Positions 10,525-20,724 of a stretch of DNA of 64,000 nucleotides are shown piece by piece. The notes below the pieces were generated by a model. That model had not been told where the DNA came from and did not search any database. It saw only the letters and a program-made list of their open reading frames with translations. The position numbers and the translations under genes are program-made. The DNA is from an uncultured candidatus Porisulfidus sp. (lineage in GTDB: Bacteria; Pseudomonadota; Gammaproteobacteria; Poriferisulfidales; Oxydemutatoraceae): NCBI GenBank assembly GCA_965215125.1, contig OZ244052.1:1024001-1088000 (forward strand). Reading direction: 5' to 3'. Each line of letters begins with the position of its first letter. Positions within the stretch are counted from its first letter, which is position 1.

Positions 10525-11850
10525 TCAATCCTCTATCACCGCTTGCATCGTATCCAAAACTTCTTGCATGGAAAACACCTCGTCCACTCCTTGCCTTAAA
10601 AATTCGTTGATAGCCTCTACTTTAGCTACCGCCTCATCTGCCACTTCATCGCTTCCTTCTTTGTATTCGCCTATCTTGATCAACAGTTCCACCTCTTTAT
10701 ATTTAGCAAGAAGCTCGCGCATCCGCCCTGCCAGACGCACGTGTTCCTTGTTCACGATGGCACTCATCACGCGACTAACGCTTGCCAACACATCAACTGC
10801 AGGGTAATGGTTTGCGCTTGCTAGCTGACGCGATAGTATAATATGCCCGTCCAATATAGAGCGAGTTTCATCGGCAACGGGCTCGGTCATATCGTCGCCT
10901 TCTACGAGCACCGTGTACAGTGCCGTAATGGAGCCTTTGTCGGATTGCCCGGCACGCTCCATCAGTTGCGGCAAGGTCGCAAAAACCGAAGGCGGGAAGC
11001 CTCGCCGCGTCGGTGGTTCACCGGCAGCCAATCCGATCTCGCGTTGGGCGCGGGCAAACCGCGTAACCGAATCCATCAAGAATAAAACCCGCTTACCTTG
11101 ATCCCTAAAATACTCGGCAATCGCAGTCGCAACATAAGCTGCTTTGACGCGCTCCATAGAAGGACGATCCGAGGTTGCCACCACCACCACGGAGTGTTTT
11201 AGATTTTCTGCACCGATGTCGCGTTCTATAAATTCCCGCACTTCTCGTCCGCGTTCTCCTATCAATGCAAGTACGGTCACATCGGCATCGGCACTTCTGA
11301 CAAGCATCGACAGCAAAGTGCTTTTACCGCCGCCGGCAGCAGCGAATATACCCATTCTTTGTCCTTCACCGCAGGTCAACAAACCATCTAAGACCTTCAA
11401 CCCCATAGGCAATGGTTTATCAATGATTTTTCTTTTCATCGGTTCCGGCGGGTCGGCATAGACCGGATAAAAGGTAGTGGTTTCCAAAGCGGGGCCTCCG
11501 TCGAAAGGATGTCCTAAACCGTTTAATACCCTCCCTAGAATCTGCGAACCAACCGGCACTCTATGGGAATGGCCGGTCGGTAAAACTTGGGTGCTGTTGG
11601 AAATACCGAGCATCTCACCCATCGGTGTCAGCAAAACACGGCGGTCTTCAAAACCTACAACCTCCGCCATCAACGAACCTTTTTCGCCGGGGTTACGTAG
11701 CGTGCAAAGCTCGCCTATTTTGACGCCCGGCACGACAGCACGGATCAAGGTGCCGGTGACTTCCAAAACGAAACCGCACACTTCAAGTAGCTCGGCACGC
11801 TCAATCGTATCTTCCAGAGCTTCGGTAATATAGTTAAAACTAGTACTCAC
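10525..11850 (-). CDS. sctN: T3SS ATPase SctN
   Basis: [51 protein letters not shown]. Confidence 0.95.
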   Translation of the reverse strand: MSTSFNYITEALEDTIERAELLEVCGFVLEVTGTLIRAVVPGVKIGELCTLRNPGEKGSLMAEVVGFEDRRVLLTPMGEMLGISNSTQVLPTGHSHRVPVGSQILGRVLNGLGHPFDGGPALETTTFYPVYADPPEPMKRKIIDKPLPMGLKVLDGLLTCGEGQRMGIFAAAGGGKSTLLSMLVRSADADVTVLALIGERGREVREFIERDIGAENLKHSVVVVATSDRPSMERVKAAYVATAIAEYFRDQGKRVLFLMDSVTRFARAQREIGLAAGEPPTRRGFPPSVFATLPQLMERAGQSDKGSITALYTVLVEGDDMTEPVADETRSILDGHIILSRQLASANHYPAVDVLASVSRVMSAIVNKEHVRLAGRMRELLAKYKEVELLIKIGEYKEGSDEVADEAVAKVEAINEFLRQGVDEVFSMQEVLDTMQAVIED

Positions 11851-11868
11851 ATTGCCTCCGTATCGCTG

Positions 11869-14268
11869 CTATATCTTCTTTTCTATCACTAAGATATTTC
11901 TGCCGTCGGTGTGGATATACGAACTATAATCGATTAGTTGCTGACCGATGTAAATGCCTAATCCTCCCAAGCGTCGTTCGCGCCAATCTCCGTGTATATC
12001 AAGCGAGAGCGGTTGCAACGGATCAAAAGATTTTCCTTCATACTCTAATACCAAGAACAAAGTACTTCCTTTTTTAGCGAGTTGTGTTTTGACCAATTCG
12101 GTATCCCGACGCGCCTCGTTATGGCGGATGATATTTGATATAAACTCGTCCGCCGCAACGCACAGGTCGGTAGCCACCTCTTTTTCAACACGATAATCGT
12201 TACAAAAGGTATCGATCAAATCAATAATTTTACCAATTTCTTGTATGTCATAACGAATACTTATTTGATGCTTGAATTGGAGGTCGCGTAATTCGGAGAT
12301 GCCCACTTTAAGGTCATCGGTTGACGACCCGGTGCCGACGCTCGACAAGCCGTCACTAGTTTCTTGTCTCACTGCACATAATAAAGTCATATCGTCAAAC
12401 TGCACGGAGCCTCGTATAAACCGAGCGACACGCTTGATGATATTTTGTACACAACGCCTTGCCGGTTGTGTGCCGGCAATTTCTTCATGCCGAGTGATAC
12501 ATTCAATTAATCTTTGCTCTCCGAATTCTTGCTCTTCCATATCGTGCGCTTCGGTAATACCGTCGGTATAGAGCAATAACATATCACCGTAGTCCAACCA
12601 TTGCGTGCAAATCTCATAGCGAGGATTCTCGGAAACCGCTAATGCAATACCGTGTTTTTGATCTAAGAACTCTATAGAACCGGACTTTCTCACTATCAGC
12701 GGCGGGTTATGTCCCGCATTCGCATAGCTTAATTCTCCGTTGGATGTGTCAAATATCGCGTAGAACAAAGTCACGAAGGCACATTGCTCGGCATCCTCCT
12801 GCATTAAAAAGTGGTTGATTTTACGAAGACATGCATCGGGTTGCGGCGTGTTGGCACTTTGTGCTTTAAACAGGCTAAGACAAACCGCCATCATAATCGC
12901 CGCCGGCATACCTTTACCCGATACATCCCCGATAACCAAAGCCGTACGATCTTCATCTATTTTGAGAAAATAGTAAAAATCCCCCCCGACTTCTTTGGCC
13001 GGCAAGGTGCATCCGTATATATCCAGATCGTTGATTTCATCGCCGGCTTTGTGGTGCGGTAACAGCGACATTTGCACATCGTGAGAAATATTGATCTCGC
13101 TATTGATTCTCTCGTTTTGTGCGGTAACTCGTTTGAGGTCGGAAAAATAATTTTTCAAACGCATAACCGTTTGATTCAGGTTGACGGACAAGCTACTGAG
13201 CTCCTTACAAGAATCGGTTGCCGGAAATTTGATATTCAAATTGCCCGCCGCCAAAATTTCCACTCTTTGGGTCAGGGTAGAAATTGGTCTTGATATAGAC
13301 TTTGAAATCAGCAATATCAACAACACCAAACCCCAAAAGGCTATCAATACGGTTGCCGACTCTATAAGTTTTGCACGATAGATATACAAAAACACCTTTT
13401 CTTTAGGCAACAGTACGATAAGTTGCACATTGGAACTAAAGCTGGCTGGCAGTTGCGCAACAAATGTTTTGCCGGTGCCGTCTATAGGGTCGTCTATTTG
13501 GATGATATTTTTTGAAAATCTAAGCGTCGGCACTACATCATCGACGTTATCGGTCATATCCGGTAAATTAAGATGCAGTTGTACAATTTTATCGTTTGCC
13601 GAAGTACTCAATATAAGCGTCTTCTGCTCACCGTTGTCTAAACGTACCGAAAATAATATCGTGGCATCCTCGAATATTTGTATATTAAAAAGTCTAGTGA
13701 CTAGCTCGGACAACAAAACATCAACGACTACAATACCGCCGCTATGGTCGGATGCTGTCTTAAAAGGAACGATATAGCTGGTTTTCCAGTTGTCGTCCTC
13801 CGATACGAGTCGACTCCATACATCGCGTTGACGGGCAAGCTCAAAATAATGTCGGTAGCGAGATGCATCGGCATTGTCAAAGTCTCGCTGCCGGATCTTT
13901 GACCGATTGTTGCCTTGTATATAACCCTCTATCACCAGAGGTCTACGAACAACAAAAATGTCGTATTTTTCATCGGTATCCAGAAGATTGTCGAGTAATG
14001 TCCGAACGCGTGCTTTGTCTACACGAATATCCTGTTTTAGATAGGCGGCGAGAACATTCGCCAATTCTTCGATTTCTCTTACCTGCATGCCGAGTTTATT
14101 ATCGACTTCAAGAGCCATGCTGTTGACATAAGAATCGGTCAATTCTCTTATTTGATAGTCAACATAAAAAAAGTTCGCAATCAATAATACAATCACGAAT
14201 AAAATGACCGGAAAACCCAAACCCCATAATATTTTTGTGTGTAGCGTCTTCATCAAACTAAAAATCAA
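11869..14268 (-). CDS. Membrane sensor-HAMP-PP2C (SpoIIE/RsbU) phosphatase fused to an RsbW-type HATPase domain
   Basis: Two TM helices flanking a periplasmic region; HAMP (ISRPISTL); GGDFY, DVSGKG, NAGH, YTDGITEA, DDMT; C-terminal DEFISNIIRH, FDP, GGLGIY. Confidence 0.85.
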   Translation of the reverse strand: MIFSLMKTLHTKILWGLGFPVILFVIVLLIANFFYVDYQIRELTDSYVNSMALEVDNKLGMQVREIEELANVLAAYLKQDIRVDKARVRTLLDNLLDTDEKYDIFVVRRPLVIEGYIQGNNRSKIRQRDFDNADASRYRHYFELARQRDVWSRLVSEDDNWKTSYIVPFKTASDHSGGIVVVDVLLSELVTRLFNIQIFEDATILFSVRLDNGEQKTLILSTSANDKIVQLHLNLPDMTDNVDDVVPTLRFSKNIIQIDDPIDGTGKTFVAQLPASFSSNVQLIVLLPKEKVFLYIYRAKLIESATVLIAFWGLVLLILLISKSISRPISTLTQRVEILAAGNLNIKFPATDSCKELSSLSVNLNQTVMRLKNYFSDLKRVTAQNERINSEINISHDVQMSLLPHHKAGDEINDLDIYGCTLPAKEVGGDFYYFLKIDEDRTALVIGDVSGKGMPAAIMMAVCLSLFKAQSANTPQPDACLRKINHFLMQEDAEQCAFVTLFYAIFDTSNGELSYANAGHNPPLIVRKSGSIEFLDQKHGIALAVSENPRYEICTQWLDYGDMLLLYTDGITEAHDMEEQEFGEQRLIECITRHEEIAGTQPARRCVQNIIKRVARFIRGSVQFDDMTLLCAVRQETSDGLSSVGTGSSTDDLKVGISELRDLQFKHQISIRYDIQEIGKIIDLIDTFCNDYRVEKEVATDLCVAADEFISNIIRHNEARRDTELVKTQLAKKGSTLFLVLEYEGKSFDPLQPLSLDIHGDWRERRLGGLGIYIGQQLIDYSSYIHTDGRNILVIEKKI

Positions 14269-14298
14269 GGCTACTTGTGCAAACCATGCGGATAACCG

Positions 14299-14730
14299 TT
14301 AAGGCGTAATAATCATCGTGTCGTTAGAGAGGTAGTCGGTAGACTCGGCAACTACAAAGTGCCGATATTCTTCTAAAGCATTGACGAATCTCTCGAGTCT
14401 GTCCGAGAAATCGTATAGATTCATCGCATCCATATCAAATCTTTCAAACAAGATTAAATTGTTATCGGCATCCAAACCCAAACCGGATGTCTGAGATTTA
14501 ATTCTTGCCAACGAATGGTTCATCAAATTTTTTAACATAGTCGGCATCATATCCTTTTGCGCCGACAAAGTCGTCAACTTTGAATAAAAATAGCCTTTGC
14601 CTAATTTCTCAAAACACGCGACTTCCATATCGTCAATGGTTAAACGATAGATACTTTTTTGATCCGGGATTGGTTCGTCCAAGTGGTGTTGCTTGGCAAA
14701 TTCTTTCAACAACAAATTGAGTTTAACCAT
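14299..14730 (-). CDS. Class I T3SS chaperone (YscB/CesT-like)
   Basis: 143 aa, YRLTIDD near the N-terminus, amphipathic C-terminal helix LERFVNALEEYR; located inside the T3SS operon. Confidence 0.65.
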   Translation of the reverse strand: MVKLNLLLKEFAKQHHLDEPIPDQKSIYRLTIDDMEVACFEKLGKGYFYSKLTTLSAQKDMMPTMLKNLMNHSLARIKSQTSGLGLDADNNLILFERFDMDAMNLYDFSDRLERFVNALEEYRHFVVAESTDYLSNDTMIITP

Positions 14731-14761
14731 CGTATTAACCGAGTGATTTCAAAATTGGCTG

Positions 14762-15397
14762 TCATTCGGGCAGTGCTACTTGAGAATCAAAATTATTCGA
14801 TAACGCAGTGCGCAAAGCTCGCAGTTGCAAATCTACGCTGGTGTCAACCGACCCCATCTCGGTTTCTACCTTGCATGCGGTCTCGTGAATGTGGCTGTCG
14901 GCAACCACATCTATAAAGCCGATGTTGGCGTAATTTGCAGTAATTTCTTTGAGTTTTGTTCGCACTGCATCGGCATGCTCGGGATAAACTCGCAAGGTGA
15001 TCTTACTCTCGTTGCGAACCTTATCGAGGGCTTGCCTCACTATGCCCTTAGTAAGCTCTACATCGTCGAAGCTACTCAAAATTTTCTTGGTTGACGATAT
15101 TACAATATCAACCAATTTATCTTCCACTTCGGAAAAATAATGTACCGACTCTATCATTGCACTCATCATTTTTTCCGATTGCTTAGCCTTTCCTTCTTCG
15201 GAGCCGTCTTCATAGCCACGTGCTTTTTCGCTCTCGTAGGCAGCTTTCGCATCGTCAACTATTCTCTGCGCTTCTTTTTCGGCTTGTTTCACCAAATCTG
15301 CGGCTTTCAAAACTATCGTATAGTCTTCGGCTTTCAACACTCGGCTGTGAGACCGAATCTTGATGTTTTTATTCTTAACTAGGGTAAATCCACTCAT
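14762..15397 (-). CDS. sctL: T3SS stator SctL (YscL/HrpE/FliH family)
   Basis: AYESEKARGYEDG repeat, LRVYP, CKVETEMGSVDTS. Confidence 0.9.
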   Translation of the reverse strand: MSGFTLVKNKNIKIRSHSRVLKAEDYTIVLKAADLVKQAEKEAQRIVDDAKAAYESEKARGYEDGSEEGKAKQSEKMMSAMIESVHYFSEVEDKLVDIVISSTKKILSSFDDVELTKGIVRQALDKVRNESKITLRVYPEHADAVRTKLKEITANYANIGFIDVVADSHIHETACKVETEMGSVDTSVDLQLRALRTALSNNFDSQVALPE

Positions 15398-16053
15398 ACC
15401 GCATTTATCTCCTTCAATAGGCGCGGCAAATAAGTTCTGATTGCTCCATAATCGTCTTTATTGCCACGCGAAATCTCGCTCCATGGTTTGGGGAGCTTGA
15501 ATAGTAACCGCTGAATAAATCCCCGCGGCATATCGTCAAGTAGACCGAGTAGACAACGCAAACCGCTTTGATGTACATAACTCTTGAAATCCGTGGTATC
15601 GCGTTTCTGCTTAACCGAGAGCAGCACCTTATTTGGGACACGCGAATAATCCATAGAAATTCTATTCTTCAATGCGTATAAATAGTCTGTTTCTCCCAAA
15701 GATTTTTTTATCGCTTGCTGTGCTTTTTTTTCAATCACACTCGCTATTGTGTTTGATTCTATGACCAAACCTATTTTGTAGAGTAAAGTCTTTAAGTCTA
15801 CGCTGCTCAACAAAGCCGCTTGTCGTTCATAGCTCCCGAAGTCAAAATAATTTTCTCGCTTCATTCGGTAGCTCTCCAGAATAAAATCGGACAACTTGCG
15901 ATGGGCGGCTTTGACGATTCTAACCCGAGCAACCAAAGGCGTAGCCAACCAGTCCGATTCCCACCAACTATCATCCATTTCCAATGAAGGAAAAAAATTA
16001 AAATCAATCACACGGCGCAAAGTGTCGTCCGACATTGTGGTGTCATCGCTCAT
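15394..16053 (-). CDS. sctK: T3SS sorting-platform protein SctK (YscK-like)
   Basis: Lies between sctJ and sctL; FNFFP N-terminal and RLLFKLPKPW C-terminal motifs. Confidence 0.7.
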   Translation of the reverse strand: MSDDTTMSDDTLRRVIDFNFFPSLEMDDSWWESDWLATPLVARVRIVKAAHRKLSDFILESYRMKRENYFDFGSYERQAALLSSVDLKTLLYKIGLVIESNTIASVIEKKAQQAIKKSLGETDYLYALKNRISMDYSRVPNKVLLSVKQKRDTTDFKSYVHQSGLRCLLGLLDDMPRGFIQRLLFKLPKPWSEISRGNKDDYGAIRTYLPRLLKEINAV

Positions 16054-16919
16054 GTAGCACTCTCTTGCTTGTCGGCGATGGGTTCGGATTTCTCAATACC
16101 CCTTTCTTGCATACTCACTCTATTCCTTCGCTCCATATATAAATAGATATTGCCGGAAAAAACCGCAAAAATTAAAGTAATTAGTACGGTCAGCAAAATA
16201 TATAAATGCCCGATTGAATCAGGACTCACTTTTAAGCCTAAAACCGAACGATACTCAACCGGATAAAAGTCGGAACGGGCTTCATTCTCTGCCGGAAACA
16301 GAGAAACACTTACTTGGTCATAAGAGAGTCCTTCTATGGCATTCGCAACAATAGACTTTATTTGCGGTATATACGAGTTTAAGTCGTAATCCGAGTTATA
16401 TTTGATAAAAACCGACGCAGAAGCGGGAAAATCAACTTTCTTATTGCCGATGCCCGATGACGGTTCGGTAGGTAACACAATATGAACACGTGCAACCAAT
16501 ACGCCATCTATCTTAGACAAAGTCTCGGAAACCTCCTGCGATAAACCGTAGATATAACGGGTTCGCTCCTCAAAAGGCGTAGACACCAAACCATCATCGC
16601 TGAAAACATCGTTAATCGTTGAAAATCTGGTTTTGGGATAGCCGTGTCTACTCAGTATTTCAACAGCTCGCGCCGTTTGATCTTCCTCTATGAATAGACT
16701 AACCATATTGTCCTTGCCCGGCTGTTTTTCGCTTTGTATGCCGTGCTTGAGCAAAAGTGCCAACATCTCGTTACCTTCTTGTTCTTGCAAGCCCGTATAA
16801 AGTTCTACTTTACAACCACCGAGCAACAACAATAATGCTAAGAATGTCAGTCTCAGTATGGAGTTATGCCATATCAACCGGTGCCTAGGTTTATGTTCCC
16901 TATATGTTTCGGTATGCAT
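16050..16919 (-). CDS. sctJ: T3SS inner MS-ring lipoprotein SctJ
   Basis: Lipobox LGGC, ELYTGLQEQEGNEM, SQEVSETLSKIDGVLVARVHIVLP, C-terminal TM. Confidence 0.95.
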   Translation of the reverse strand: MHTETYREHKPRHRLIWHNSILRLTFLALLLLLGGCKVELYTGLQEQEGNEMLALLLKHGIQSEKQPGKDNMVSLFIEEDQTARAVEILSRHGYPKTRFSTINDVFSDDGLVSTPFEERTRYIYGLSQEVSETLSKIDGVLVARVHIVLPTEPSSGIGNKKVDFPASASVFIKYNSDYDLNSYIPQIKSIVANAIEGLSYDQVSVSLFPAENEARSDFYPVEYRSVLGLKVSPDSIGHLYILLTVLITLIFAVFSGNIYLYMERRNRVSMQERGIEKSEPIADKQESAT

Positions 16920-16959
16920 TAAGCCCCTCCTTTCGCCTTTGCATAAAAGCCGAACGGCT

Positions 16960-17373
16960 CTAATAGCCTGTCGTAGTTTCCGTAGAAGCGGTGCCGTCTA
17001 TTTGTTTGACACTTTTACTCATCTCTGCCAGCGTCTCCAAAATCTGATCACCGGGAGACTTATAAGACGAACTGCCGGAATCTTCACCGGCATCAATCTC
17101 GGAACTTTTCTGCAAATTGCGGTTGTCTTGCATAACCGATGCTTGCCTAGCCTCTATTGAAGAGTCTCTATTAGACTCTATGGACAATGAATTCATTCCT
17201 TGGTCACGGTTGTCTTTCACGGTATACCGATCCCTATCGCCCATCTGAGCCCTAAACGTTGTTATATCTTCCGGACTTGCTTCTCTTTTGGTGCTTGCCT
17301 TCCGGTTAAGCTGATCCTGGACTTTTTTTATAACACGCTGTTGTAGAGAGGTATTGCCAAATCTTATGGCCAC
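16960..17373 (-). CDS. Putative inner-rod SctI-like protein, apparently lacking the conserved C-terminal helix
   Basis: Upstream of sctJ; DITTFRAQM and PGDQILETL resemble YscI/HrpB2 N-terminal and middle motifs. Confidence 0.5.
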   Translation of the reverse strand: MAIRFGNTSLQQRVIKKVQDQLNRKASTKREASPEDITTFRAQMGDRDRYTVKDNRDQGMNSLSIESNRDSSIEARQASVMQDNRNLQKSSEIDAGEDSGSSSYKSPGDQILETLAEMSKSVKQIDGTASTETTTGY

Positions 17374-17772
17374 CTACTTTCCTCTGAGTTCCTCTAACAG
17401 TGTGTTGGCTAAATCCATGGCATCGGGATCGTCACCATCGCCCGCCTCCATCATTTCCTTGAGTACTTGCTCGCTTTCCGATCGCCGTTTTGCAAGATAT
17501 AGGCATAAGCCTAGAAAAGATCGGCAAACCAGCGCGCCCGAACTGCCCGATATATTATTTTTTCTAAGAAAAGCGACCGCGCCTTCGGGGTCGTTGTCGC
17601 AATTCAAGTAAACCATAGTCTTGCCTATAAGACCTACCGGGCTCTCGGGACGAGCAATGCAAACCGCATGAAAAATGGCTAAAGTATGTTCTTTCAGAGC
17701 TGGCCATCTACACGCAATGAAACCCAGTTGCGTGGCATCAACCAGTGCCTCCCTATTAAAGTTAAAAGTCAT
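17374..17772 (-). CDS. TPR-like needle chaperone (YscG/CdsG/SsaH-like)
   Basis: Directly after the needle gene; LGFIA..AIFHAV..RPES..GLIG pattern. Confidence 0.55.
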   Translation of the reverse strand: MTFNFNREALVDATQLGFIACRWPALKEHTLAIFHAVCIARPESPVGLIGKTMVYLNCDNDPEGAVAFLRKNNISGSSGALVCRSFLGLCLYLAKRRSESEQVLKEMMEAGDGDDPDAMDLANTLLEELRGK

Positions 17773-17790
17773 GATCTTATTAACCCTGCG

Positions 17791-18012
17791 CTACATGCGC
17801 TGGGTTATGTTATCAATCATTTTTTTTACCGAAGATACTAACGCAGCCACCGTTTCCTCCTCCATAGAATACTTGCTGTATTCCATCTGTAATTGCATTA
17901 CATCTTGTACATTTGAAGGATCCATGTTCTTAGACATGTCGGCGATTTTGCTTTCTTCCTTATTTACCTGAGAGGTGATACCCCCTATTGCACTATCTAT
18001 ATTTATACCCAT
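17791..18012 (-). CDS. sctF: T3SS needle subunit SctF
   Basis: 73 aa, DPSNVQD turn, QLQMEYSKYS..VSSVKKMIDNITQRM C-terminal helix; GGAGG RBS. Confidence 0.8.
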   Translation of the reverse strand: MGINIDSAIGGITSQVNKEESKIADMSKNMDPSNVQDVMQLQMEYSKYSMEEETVAALVSSVKKMIDNITQRM

Positions 18013-18115
18013 TTTATACCTCCTTAAGTTATAGTTAGTCTGTAGGAACTACATTAACACAAATTAGTGAATAAAACAAACAAAATCGTGAATTGTGTAA
18101 GCGCAAAGTAGTAAT

Positions 18116-18190
18116 GGCAGGCTAAAACAGAACTGCCTCTTGTTGCAGTAACACAAATGGTATGACTTTGCACAGAACCTTGACGCATTG
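18116..18190 (+). repeat. Degenerate repeat family member
   Basis: ggcaggc..agaactgcctcttgttgcagtaacacaaatggtatgactttgcacagaacct matches 54440-54505. Confidence 0.7.
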
Positions 18191-18372
18191 AGTAAAATTA
18201 GAATATTCCAACAACATGGGATGGAGCGCAACAAAAGTTTAGCTAAACATTCGTTAAAGAAAGTCTTTTCATACTTTCCGCACACTATAGGACGTATCGT
18301 GGTTAATCTGTTGCATAGTATAGCTTTAGATTAGAACATGTAAATCTTGCAAGCTGATATAATACACTTTCA

Positions 18373-18906
18373 ATGGAAATGTTTCACGGAACCACAATTT
18401 TATCGGTACGCAAAGAAGGTTGCTTGGTCATGGGCGGTGACGGTCAAGTCACAATGGGCAATACAATCGTCAAACATCGTGCACGCAAGGTACGGCGTTT
18501 GAACAACAATCAGGTTTTGGCAGGGTTTGCCGGCAGTACCGCCGATGCTTTCACCTTGTTTGAGCGTTTTGAAGGCAAATTGCAGGAGCACGGCGGTCAA
18601 TTACTGCGGGCCGCCGTTGAATTAGCCAAAGACTGGCGTATGGATCGTAATCTAAGACAACTGCAAGCCCTGCTTGCGGTTGCCGACAAGCATACCTCGT
18701 TGCTGGTATCGGGTACCGGAGATGTCATAGAGCCCGAGTACGATTTGATTGCCATCGGGTCGGGAGGGGATTACGCGCGCGCTGCCGCACTTGCTCTGCT
18801 TGAACATTCATCGCTGGATGCACGAACTTTAGTTGAGCAGGCATTGACAATCGCAAGCGAGATTTGCGTGTTCACAAACCGAGAACTTGTTCTAGAAACC
18901 TTATAA
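18373..18906 (+). CDS. hslV: ATP-dependent protease subunit HslV
   Basis: [30 protein letters not shown]. Confidence 0.97.
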   Translation: MEMFHGTTILSVRKEGCLVMGGDGQVTMGNTIVKHRARKVRRLNNNQVLAGFAGSTADAFTLFERFEGKLQEHGGQLLRAAVELAKDWRMDRNLRQLQALLAVADKHTSLLVSGTGDVIEPEYDLIAIGSGGDYARAAALALLEHSSLDARTLVEQALTIASEICVFTNRELVLETL

Positions 18907-18937
18907 CACGGCTTTTTATATATAACGAGGAGATTTT

Positions 18938-20281
18938 ATGTCCGATATGACACCCAAAGAAATAGTTGCCCAGTTAGACAAATTTATCATAGGGCAAGAT
19001 AACGCAAAGCGCGCGGTTGCCATCGCTTTGCGCAATCGCTGGCGACGGATGCAAGTTGCCGAACCGTTGCGTAGCGAGATTACGCCCAAGAATATTTTGA
19101 TGATAGGTCCGACCGGGGTTGGCAAAACCGAAATTGCAAAACGTCTTTCGGATATAGAAGAAGCACCTTTTTTGAAAGTGGAAGCGACCAAGTTCACCGA
19201 AGTCGGATATGTAGGACGCGATGTGGAATCAATCGTGCGCGATCTAGCCCAGATCGCTTTCAACAAGGTACGCGAACGAGAATTTGCAAAACACGATAGC
19301 CTCGCACAAAAATTAGCGGTAGATAAGGTTATAGAAGGCTTGGTGGATAACTTAAAAGAAACATACCACGAACGAGAGGGGTTGGATGAAAATCAACTGC
19401 GTGAAGATATGCGTAGATCGGTGGAACAAGGGAGCTTAGACGATCAAAAGATTAAAATTGCCGTCTCTAAACCCCAGGTCAATCTCGGCGTCATGTCGGT
19501 GCCGGGGCTGGAGAGCATCGGTGAGCAAATGCAAGATATGTTCAAAAATCTAGGTAATCTAGGCTTGGGCGCACACAAGGAACACAGAACGATGACCGTA
19601 AAACACGCGCTGAAAATGTTAAAGCAGGAAGAATTGGAAAAAATGATAGACCAAGAAGGCTTGCATACCTTGGTCGTAGAAGAAACCGAGCAGCACGGCA
19701 TCGTTTTTATAGACGAAATAGATAAGTTGGCGCGTCGCGCGCAAGGAACGACCCAAGGCGAAGTCTCCCGCGAGGGCGTACAACGAGATCTACTGCCTTT
19801 GATAGAAGGGTCTACCGTCAGCACTCGCTACGGGATGATCAAAACCAACCATATACTGTTCATCGCTGCCGGTGCCTTTCACTTCTCTAAGCCCTCGGAA
19901 CTGATACCCGAATTGCAGGGTCGGTTGCCGATACGGGTTGAACTTGAACCGTTGGATGTAGAGGCGTTTATTAAAATTTTGAGAGACACCGGTAATTCTT
20001 TGATCAAACAGTATCAAGCACTGCTCGCCCAAGAGGGCTTGAATGTGACATTCAGCGAAGGTGCAATTAAGCGCATCGCAACGATTGCCTACGACATCAA
20101 TAAAAACACCGAGAATATAGGCGCACGGCGGTTACAGACGGTGATGGAGCGACTGTTGGAAGACATTTCTTTTACTGCACCCGAGTCAAGCAAAAAGAAA
20201 ATAAGCATCAGCGAGAAAGTCGTAGACAAGCAGTTAGCCGATATCGCTAAGGATCAAGACCTCAGTTCGTACATTCTCTAA
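18938..20281 (+). CDS. hslU: ATP-dependent protease ATPase HslU
   Basis: GPTGVGKTEI, KVEATKFTEVGYVGRDV, ENIGARRL. Confidence 0.97.
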   Translation: MSDMTPKEIVAQLDKFIIGQDNAKRAVAIALRNRWRRMQVAEPLRSEITPKNILMIGPTGVGKTEIAKRLSDIEEAPFLKVEATKFTEVGYVGRDVESIVRDLAQIAFNKVREREFAKHDSLAQKLAVDKVIEGLVDNLKETYHEREGLDENQLREDMRRSVEQGSLDDQKIKIAVSKPQVNLGVMSVPGLESIGEQMQDMFKNLGNLGLGAHKEHRTMTVKHALKMLKQEELEKMIDQEGLHTLVVEETEQHGIVFIDEIDKLARRAQGTTQGEVSREGVQRDLLPLIEGSTVSTRYGMIKTNHILFIAAGAFHFSKPSELIPELQGRLPIRVELEPLDVEAFIKILRDTGNSLIKQYQALLAQEGLNVTFSEGAIKRIATIAYDINKNTENIGARRLQTVMERLLEDISFTAPESSKKKISISEKVVDKQLADIAKDQDLSSYIL

Positions 20282-20284
20282 GCG

Positions 20285-20656
20285 ATGTCGGATACCCAAC
20301 TCAGCGAAATTCATCTGCACCAAACCTCTAGAGTGTTAGAGCTGGTGTTCAACGACGGCAAGAAGTTCAACTTAAGCTGCGAATATTTGCGTGTATATTC
20401 ACCCTCGGCGGAAGTTGCCGGGCACGGTCCCGGCCAGGAAGTATTACAGGTCGGCAAAGAGGATGTCAATATCTCGGCACTGGAGCCGGTCGGCAACTAC
20501 GCAGTTAAGATAATATTTGACGATGGACATAGTACCGGTATCTACACTTGGGACTATTTATACGATTTGGGGGCGAATTACGAGCCCAAATGGCGTAACT
20601 ATTTGCAAAGGCTTGAAGCGGCCGGCTTTGAGCGCAAAGAAAATCGCCTGGCTTAA
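20285..20656 (+). CDS. DUF971 / gamma-butyrobetaine hydroxylase-like N-terminal domain protein
   Basis: EYLRVYSPSAEV, GNYAV..FDDGH.TGIYTWDYL; usual hslU-ubiE synteny. Confidence 0.85.
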   Translation: MSDTQLSEIHLHQTSRVLELVFNDGKKFNLSCEYLRVYSPSAEVAGHGPGQEVLQVGKEDVNISALEPVGNYAVKIIFDDGHSTGIYTWDYLYDLGANYEPKWRNYLQRLEAAGFERKENRLA

Positions 20657-20724
20657 ATATATGTTGAATGTATAGAGAAAAATACGAATAATTTGCCACA
20701 TCCTCAATCCGATAAATCCAAGCT

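Noticed and set aside
9049-18012. Flagellar export cluster (fliH/I/J/K)
   Set aside because: An SctJ lipoprotein, a needle subunit, SctK and T3SS chaperones are present, with no flagellar genes.
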